This document shows positions 58,507 to 64,000 of a stretch of DNA of 64,000 nt, one piece after another. Numbering within the stretch: the first letter of the stretch is position 1; each line of letters opens with the position of its first letter. The position numbers and the translations under genes were made by a program. Under the pieces are notes generated by a model that made no database searches, had not been told where the DNA came from, and saw only the letters and a list, made by a program, of their open reading frames with translations. The stretch covers positions 4,165-68,164 of the forward strand of contig JAPLSQ010000031.1 in the NCBI GenBank assembly GCA_026398535.1. Direction: 5' to 3'. Source of the stretch: Candidatus Sumerlaeota bacterium. Its GTDB lineage: Bacteria; Sumerlaeota; Sumerlaeia; Sumerlaeales; Sumerlaeaceae.

Positions 58507-59532
58507 ATGAGTCAATTGCGGTTTTGCCTGATTGGCACGGGAAGGGCTGGTCTGGTGCATGCTTGGAATCTCGGGGCAAGAATCAAACGGGGTGAACTTG
58601 TCGCGTTATGCGATGCAAATCCGGAGGCGCTGACTAATGCGGCGAGGGAGTTGAACGTCACCCGGCTCTATAACGATTATCGCCAAGCGGTGCGCGATCC
58701 TGAAGTGGATGCGGTCATCATTGTGACGCCGACCTTCCTGCACTGCGAGATTGCCAGTGAAGCCGCCCGTAACAACAAGCATATTTTTCTCGAAAAGCCG
58801 ATGGCGATCACTGTCAAGGAATGCCGGACGATCATGGATGCCGTCAATCAAAACGGCGTCAAGTTGCAGATCGGCTTCATGAGACGATTTGACGAGGGAT
58901 TTCTTCAGGCGAAGGAAAAGCTCGAGTCTGGCCAGCTGGGGAGTATCACCACGATCAAGTCCACGGGACGCGGTCCCGGTCTGCCTCCGTCTTGGAGCCA
59001 TGACATATCGAAAAGCAACGGTCTGCTTGCCGAGGTCAACAGCCACGATTTCGATTCTGTGCGCTGGCTCGTGGGCGCCGATCTTAAACGCGTTTATGCC
59101 GAAGCGGATAACTACAAATGCGCTGATCTGCAAAACCAATACCCTGATTTCTACGACAATGTGCTTGTGAATCTGCGGTTCAAAAACGGGGTGATCGGCT
59201 CCATCGACGGCGCCTGCCCTTGCGGTTATGGCTATGACGCGCGCACCGAGATACTCTGCACAGGCGGTGTGATCATGATCGGCAGCATTGAAAACGACGG
59301 TGTCTCCACGGTGACAATTGATGGGGGCGTCATCAGGAACGCCCATCGCAGTTGGCGCAACCGTTTCAAGGATGCCTACCTTGCGGAACTGGAACATTTC
59401 ATCGATTGTGTGCTTAACGACCGGACCCCGAGAGTTACGGGACTGGATGGCCTTCAGGCCGTGAACGCTGTTGTGGCGGCCAACCAATCCATACGGCTTG
59501 GCCAACCAGTCGTTTTGCCTGATGTGCAGTAA
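58507..59532 (+). CDS. Gfo/Idh/MocA oxidoreductase (inositol 2-dehydrogenase-like)
   Basis: IGTGRAG..H, VTPT..H, EKPMA, IGFMRRFD, HDFD, YGYD.R.E, RF.DAY..E. Confidence 0.88.
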   Translation: MSQLRFCLIGTGRAGLVHAWNLGARIKRGELVALCDANPEALTNAARELNVTRLYNDYRQAVRDPEVDAVIIVTPTFLHCEIASEAARNNKHIFLEKPMAITVKECRTIMDAVNQNGVKLQIGFMRRFDEGFLQAKEKLESGQLGSITTIKSTGRGPGLPPSWSHDISKSNGLLAEVNSHDFDSVRWLVGADLKRVYAEADNYKCADLQNQYPDFYDNVLVNLRFKNGVIGSIDGACPCGYGYDARTEILCTGGVIMIGSIENDGVSTVTIDGGVIRNAHRSWRNRFKDAYLAELEHFIDCVLNDRTPRVTGLDGLQAVNAVVAANQSIRLGQPVVLPDVQ

Positions 59533-59545
59533 AGGAACAACGTTC

Positions 59546-60592
59546 ATGATAGCAGCAACCATATCAAGCGATTGCGATTTCCGGGTAGAGGATGTTTCCG
59601 TTCCCGGTATTGCCGACAACGAAATACTGCTCAAGGTGCGGGCCGCATCGATCTGCGGCACTGACACCAAGATCATCAACAATGGCCACGGGAAACTGGC
59701 TCCGGGCCGGAAGATTATCCTCGGCCATGAATTCGTTGGCGTCATCGAACAATGCGGACGCGACATTGATTGTTTCAAAGTCGGTCAAAGGGTGGGTGTC
59801 GCGCCAAACATCGGTTGTGGGCAGTGTGAAGAGTGCATACGGGGGCTCGCCAACATGTGCCCACACTATTCCGCTTTTGGCATCGACATGGATGGCGGTC
59901 ACACGGAATTCGTGCGTATTCCTTCTGCCGCGATCATGCAGGGCAATGTCGTGGAACTGCCTGAGCATGTCAGTTTCGAGGAGGCGGCTCTCGCGGAACC
60001 TTTCTCATGCGTGCTGAATGGCCAGCGCGGACTGCGCATCGAAGCCGGCGACACTGTGCTTGTCTGCGGCGCCGGCCCGATTGGCATCATGCACATCATG
60101 CTGGCCGGTGTTTCGGGCGCCGCCAACATCATTGCCGCGGATATCAATGACGCACGCCTTGAGATGGCCCGAATGGCAGGCGCCAACATCACATGTAATT
60201 CCATGAAAGGGAATCTGCGCGACGTTGTGATGTCCCATACCAAAAACCGCGGGGCCAACGCCATCATCACCGCCTGCCCGGTTCCGGAAGCGCAGGAGCA
60301 GTCGCTGGAGATGGCAGCGCCATATGGGCGCATCTGCTTCTTTGGCGGTCTGAAAAAGGACAGCCCATTCATCAGGATCAATTCGAATCTCATTCATTAC
60401 CGCAATCTTGTCATTACCGGGTCAACGGGCGGTTCGCCTCATGATTATCGCCGCGCGCTGGCGCTGATCGCATCGGGGAGAATTTCGCCCCGAGCCGTCA
60501 TTTCGCAAACCTATGATATCAGCCAAATCGCTGACGCATACAAGGCGGCGCAAAATCCGAGCAACCTGAAAATTGTTCTATGCAACAATTGA
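59546..60592 (+). CDS. Zn-dependent (MDR) polyol dehydrogenase
   Basis: ICGTD, LGHE, CGQCEEC..G..NMC, AEP.SC, GAGPIG; AAAGGA RBS before ATG 59546. Confidence 0.9.
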   Translation: MIAATISSDCDFRVEDVSVPGIADNEILLKVRAASICGTDTKIINNGHGKLAPGRKIILGHEFVGVIEQCGRDIDCFKVGQRVGVAPNIGCGQCEECIRGLANMCPHYSAFGIDMDGGHTEFVRIPSAAIMQGNVVELPEHVSFEEAALAEPFSCVLNGQRGLRIEAGDTVLVCGAGPIGIMHIMLAGVSGAANIIAADINDARLEMARMAGANITCNSMKGNLRDVVMSHTKNRGANAIITACPVPEAQEQSLEMAAPYGRICFFGGLKKDSPFIRINSNLIHYRNLVITGSTGGSPHDYRRALALIASGRISPRAVISQTYDISQIADAYKAAQNPSNLKIVLCNN

Positions 60593-60623
60593 ACGACAGG
60601 AAATCAAACAAAGGCCACATGCC

Positions 60624-62144
60624 ATGTCTGACATGTTTCTGATCGGAATAGACATAGGGACCCAGGGTACGAAAGGCGTTCTTTTTACGGCGGCGGGTGT
60701 GTGTCTGGCTTCGGCTTTCTGCCCGTCCAGACTGTTCAAACCGTCGCAGGGTGTTGTCGAGGAAGATCCCGAGCGGCAATTGGATTCTGTCTGCCAAGTC
60801 ATCAGGCAATGTCTTCGGAAGGCAAAAGTTGATCCCGCTCATGTGGCGGCGCTTTCCATCGATGGGCAGATGGCCGGGGTCATAGGTATGCGGCAGGATG
60901 GGATGAATGCCACGCCTTATGATTCGTGGCTCGACACACGATGTGCGCCCTATATAAAGAAAATGCAGGCCAGCGCGGGTGAGGAAATTCTTCTCAAGAC
61001 CGGCTGTTCCCCAAGCTTCAACCACGGTCCCAGGATTCTCTGGTGGATGAACGAACGCAAAACGATTTTTAGGGAGATCAAATCGTTTGTCATGCCGGGA
61101 GCCTATGCCGCGATGAGGCTGTGCGGTCTTGACGCCTCTTCGGCATACATTGACAAGACATATCTGCACTTCACCGGATTTGCCGACAATCGCAACAGCA
61201 CATGGGATGAGGCGTTATGCCGGTTATTTGGCCTGGATTCCAGAAAACTCCCGCGGATTGCCAACTCACATGATGTTGTGGGCGAGATTGTGCCTTCCAT
61301 GGCGCGCCGATGCGGCCTGAAAGCTCATACCCCCGTCGTGGCGGGATGTGGCGATACTGCCGCAAGTTTTCTCTCCTGTGGGGCGACGATGAAAGGCATA
61401 TGTGTCGATGTGGCAGGCACAGCCTCTGTGTTTTCCGCCACGACGGACGAGTTCCGATCAGACACCTTCCATCAGACCATGGCATGCGGTCAATCGGCAA
61501 CACCGGGGCTGTGGCATCCCTATGCATATATCAATGGCGGGGGGATGGATGTGGAGTGGTTCCGTGAAGTGCTTGGCGGCAAAGTCAGGCAGTCGAAGGA
61601 ACAAGGAATCGACTTTGACCATCTCAACAAGCTTGCCGCCAATCTCCCGGCGCATGAATCGATTCCGCTATTCATTCCCCATCTTGGCGGACGGGTTTGT
61701 CCTCCGCAACCTGATCTCCAAGGCGCTTTTGTGGGCCTGAACTGGAGCCACAAGACAGCGCATCTGTACAAGGCGATTCTTGAGTCCGTCGCGCTTGAAT
61801 ACAAAGTCTACAGAAACGCTCTGGATGCGATGTATCCCGGTTTTCGCCCAAGGGAAATTCGCGTTACTGGCGGCGGCAGTCAGAGCGCGTTGTGGAATCA
61901 GATCAAGGCCGATGTTCTTCAAATACCCACGGTACAAGTCACTCACACTGAAGGCGCTCCGCTTGGCTCAGCCATTCTCGCCGGTTTTGGCGTCGGGATT
62001 TTCAACAACTTGACACAAATCACCAAGTCTTGGATCAAGCTCGGTAAAAGCCATAAACCATCCGGGAATATGGCCGCTCATTACCGGCGGCGTTTTGATG
62101 TGTATGATCATCTTCTTCGACAATTAGACTCGCTTGAGTTATAA
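60624..62144 (+). CDS. FGGY-family carbohydrate kinase (xylulokinase-like)
   Basis: IGIDIGTQGTK, DGQMAG, SWLD.R, GCGD, AGTA, TGGG..S.LW.QI.ADVL. Confidence 0.88.
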   Translation: MSDMFLIGIDIGTQGTKGVLFTAAGVCLASAFCPSRLFKPSQGVVEEDPERQLDSVCQVIRQCLRKAKVDPAHVAALSIDGQMAGVIGMRQDGMNATPYDSWLDTRCAPYIKKMQASAGEEILLKTGCSPSFNHGPRILWWMNERKTIFREIKSFVMPGAYAAMRLCGLDASSAYIDKTYLHFTGFADNRNSTWDEALCRLFGLDSRKLPRIANSHDVVGEIVPSMARRCGLKAHTPVVAGCGDTAASFLSCGATMKGICVDVAGTASVFSATTDEFRSDTFHQTMACGQSATPGLWHPYAYINGGGMDVEWFREVLGGKVRQSKEQGIDFDHLNKLAANLPAHESIPLFIPHLGGRVCPPQPDLQGAFVGLNWSHKTAHLYKAILESVALEYKVYRNALDAMYPGFRPREIRVTGGGSQSALWNQIKADVLQIPTVQVTHTEGAPLGSAILAGFGVGIFNNLTQITKSWIKLGKSHKPSGNMAAHYRRRFDVYDHLLRQLDSLEL

Positions 62145-62156
62145 CAGGGAGGTTCC

Positions 62157-63137
62157 ATGAGCACCAACATCCTCGAAACCAACGCCGGATCAAATATCTA
62201 TCCGCCAGCCAAGGCGCCCACGATTTACTTCATTGGTGTGACAACAGGAAAATCATCCATTATGAGGGTCTTTCCTGAATGGGCAGCCTATCTTGGCCTG
62301 AAGGATGCCGTCATCAAGGGCGTTGATTTCAAACCACATGACGAACCGGCGGGATACCGTGTGATCGTTGAGCATATCAAGGCTGACGAACTCTCACTCG
62401 GCGCGCTTGTCACAACCCACAAGATTGACCTTCTCAAGGCATGCCGTGATATGTTCGACGTTCTCGATCCGCATGCGCAACTCACGGGTGAGATCAGTTG
62501 CATCTCAAAACGTTTTGGAAAGCTTATTGGTCATGCGAAGGATCCCATCACCAGCGGGTTTGCGCTGGATGCTTTCCTGCCCTTGAACTATTGGGAAAAA
62601 ACGGGCGCCGACATGTTTGTCATTGGCGCCGGCGGCTCCACGACCGCTCTAACCTGCCATCTGATCGGGAAGGATATGAACGGCGGCGTGCCCGGAAAGA
62701 TCTATATCTCCAACCGCAGTCTGCCACGATTGCAGGAGCTTGAAAGTCTTCACAACAAAATTCCTCACAAGATCGAATTCGAGTATCACCACGCACCGAG
62801 ACCCGATCAGAACGATGCCATCATGGCCAGACTCAAACCATACTCGCTCGTCATCAACGCCACCGGGCTGGGCAAGGATGCGCCCGGTTCGCCGCTCACT
62901 GGCAACTCGCTGTTTCCGATGAACGGCATCGCGTGGGATTTCAATTATCGCGGCGACCTCGTTTTTATTGATCAGGCGCAAGCGCAACAGGCGTCGCGCA
63001 ATCTCACCATTAAGGATGGCTGGATATACTTCATCCATGGATGGACGCGCGTTGTGGCCGAAGTCTTCAACATCGATATTCCGGTCAAAGGCCCGCGCTT
63101 CAACGATTTGTCTGAAATAGCCAAAAATGGGAGATAG
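62157..63137 (+). CDS. Divergent shikimate dehydrogenase-like oxidoreductase
   Basis: GALVTTHK, IGAGG Rossmann motif, SNRS, INATGLG, WDFNY, DGW.YF; lacks the canonical AroE SxSP/AVNT/NTD motifs. Confidence 0.7.
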   Translation: MSTNILETNAGSNIYPPAKAPTIYFIGVTTGKSSIMRVFPEWAAYLGLKDAVIKGVDFKPHDEPAGYRVIVEHIKADELSLGALVTTHKIDLLKACRDMFDVLDPHAQLTGEISCISKRFGKLIGHAKDPITSGFALDAFLPLNYWEKTGADMFVIGAGGSTTALTCHLIGKDMNGGVPGKIYISNRSLPRLQELESLHNKIPHKIEFEYHHAPRPDQNDAIMARLKPYSLVINATGLGKDAPGSPLTGNSLFPMNGIAWDFNYRGDLVFIDQAQAQQASRNLTIKDGWIYFIHGWTRVVAEVFNIDIPVKGPRFNDLSEIAKNGR

Positions 63138-63155
63138 GGAAGGAGACAATCATAG

Positions 63156-63722
63156 ATGATGGAAAATCCCGCACTCTGCATGCCGTTCGGCGTGGATATC
63201 GACCTTATCAAAGGCGCGATGGGCGATCCCGACAGGGTGATCGTCCGCAAAGCTTCGAACATGATAGGCATGTATGCGGATGAAGCCGCACTGTCACGCT
63301 TGATCGAACATGGCGATCCTGTGCACTACGAAGTTTTTGAGAAAGCGATTCCCGATGTGGAGGGTCACCTGATCATATGTATCAGCAAACTTTATCCGGG
63401 AAAAGTGGGCGAAGAATACTACATGACCAAAGGGCATTACCATATGGTTGCCGGCACGGCCGAAATTTACCTGGGTGTCGCAGGTCAGGGATTCATGCTA
63501 ATGAAAACCTCAGACGGTAAGTGTGTTGCCGAACCCATCAGGCATGGGCGGATGGTCTATGTGCCCCCTTACTGGGCGCACCGTTCCATCAATACTGACG
63601 ATGTTCCTCTGGTTTCCTTCTGCGTCTATCCCGGCGGAGCCGGCCATAATTATGGCGACATTGAGAAGGAAGGCTTTCCGAAACGCATTTTCAATAAACA
63701 TGGAGTTCCTGTCACCCAGTGA
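63156..63722 (+). CDS. Cupin-type (archaeal-like) glucose-6-phosphate isomerase family protein
   Basis: PGKVGEEYYMTKGHYH...AEIY....G.G, VYVPPYWAHRSIN, AGHNYG.I. Confidence 0.85.
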   Translation: MMENPALCMPFGVDIDLIKGAMGDPDRVIVRKASNMIGMYADEAALSRLIEHGDPVHYEVFEKAIPDVEGHLIICISKLYPGKVGEEYYMTKGHYHMVAGTAEIYLGVAGQGFMLMKTSDGKCVAEPIRHGRMVYVPPYWAHRSINTDDVPLVSFCVYPGGAGHNYGDIEKEGFPKRIFNKHGVPVTQ

Positions 63723-63734
63723 TTGCAGCCGGCC

Positions 63735-64000
63735 ATGAATAAGATACTCATCACACCCCGCTCGCTGACAAAGGCAGGTCATCCAGCGCTGAAACGGCTA
63801 AATGAGGCCGGATTCGGCCTTGTCTTTTGTTCACCGGGCCAGAGCCCGGGCGTTCAGGAACTAACGGGACTGATACCAGGTTGCGCGGGATGGCTTGCCG
63901 GGGTCGAGACTATTCCATCCGCTGTATTTGACGCGGCTGATTGTCTGAGAGTGATCAGCCGCAATGGCACGGGGATTGACAACATCGACCTCGCCGCTGC
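63735..64000 (+). CDS. Partial D-2-hydroxyacid / phosphoglycerate dehydrogenase-like protein
   Basis: Manual translation MNKILITPRSL...WLAGVE......DAADCLRVISRNGTGIDNIDL; runs off the window. Confidence 0.8.
   Translation, partial: MNKILITPRSLTKAGHPALKRLNEAGFGLVFCSPGQSPGVQELTGLIPGCAGWLAGVETIPSAVFDAADCLRVISRNGTGIDNIDLAA

Noticed and set aside
58606..59778. 390-aa minus-strand ORF
   Set aside because: Antisense shadow of the Gfo/Idh/MocA and Zn-dehydrogenase genes

Overview
Bacterial DNA (GC-rich coding regions, AT-richer intergenic gaps). The single prepilin-type gene (FTLIELLIVVAIIAILAAIAVPNFLEAQTRSKVSRVKSDMR...YDPTNGTVSxGDI) and C-terminal S-x-[VI]-x-x-W-x-x-Y tails suggest Candidatus Sumerlaeota (BRC1); this is an inference from recalled family traits. 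A small housekeeping block (tRNA-Leu(GAG), eno, priA, a cupin, comM; 34.3-40.8 kb) separates two large carbohydrate-utilisation regions. Left region (0.3-34.2 kb): atypical acetate kinase, an Opp-type ABC importer, two URO-D/MtaA-like proteins, rhamnulokinase, two paralogous GntR-LacI regulators, a secreted beta-helix protein, an orphan pseudopilin, a multidomain GH2, and an Fe-ADH/LarA-like/ALDH module. Right region (40.9-64 kb): two CUT1 sugar ABC sets without an ATPase, an SDR, a GH2, unknown GH-like proteins, and a divergent polyol/cyclitol-type catabolic operon. The most striking element is four copies of an uncharacterised ~900-1200 aa protein family with a probable (alpha/alpha)6 barrel. 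The copies carry different targeting signals (none; signal peptide; signal peptide plus C-terminal W-x-x-Y tail; signal peptide plus extra domains), and a shared candidate operator may link both regions. No CRISPR array, integrase, transposase or rRNA was seen.
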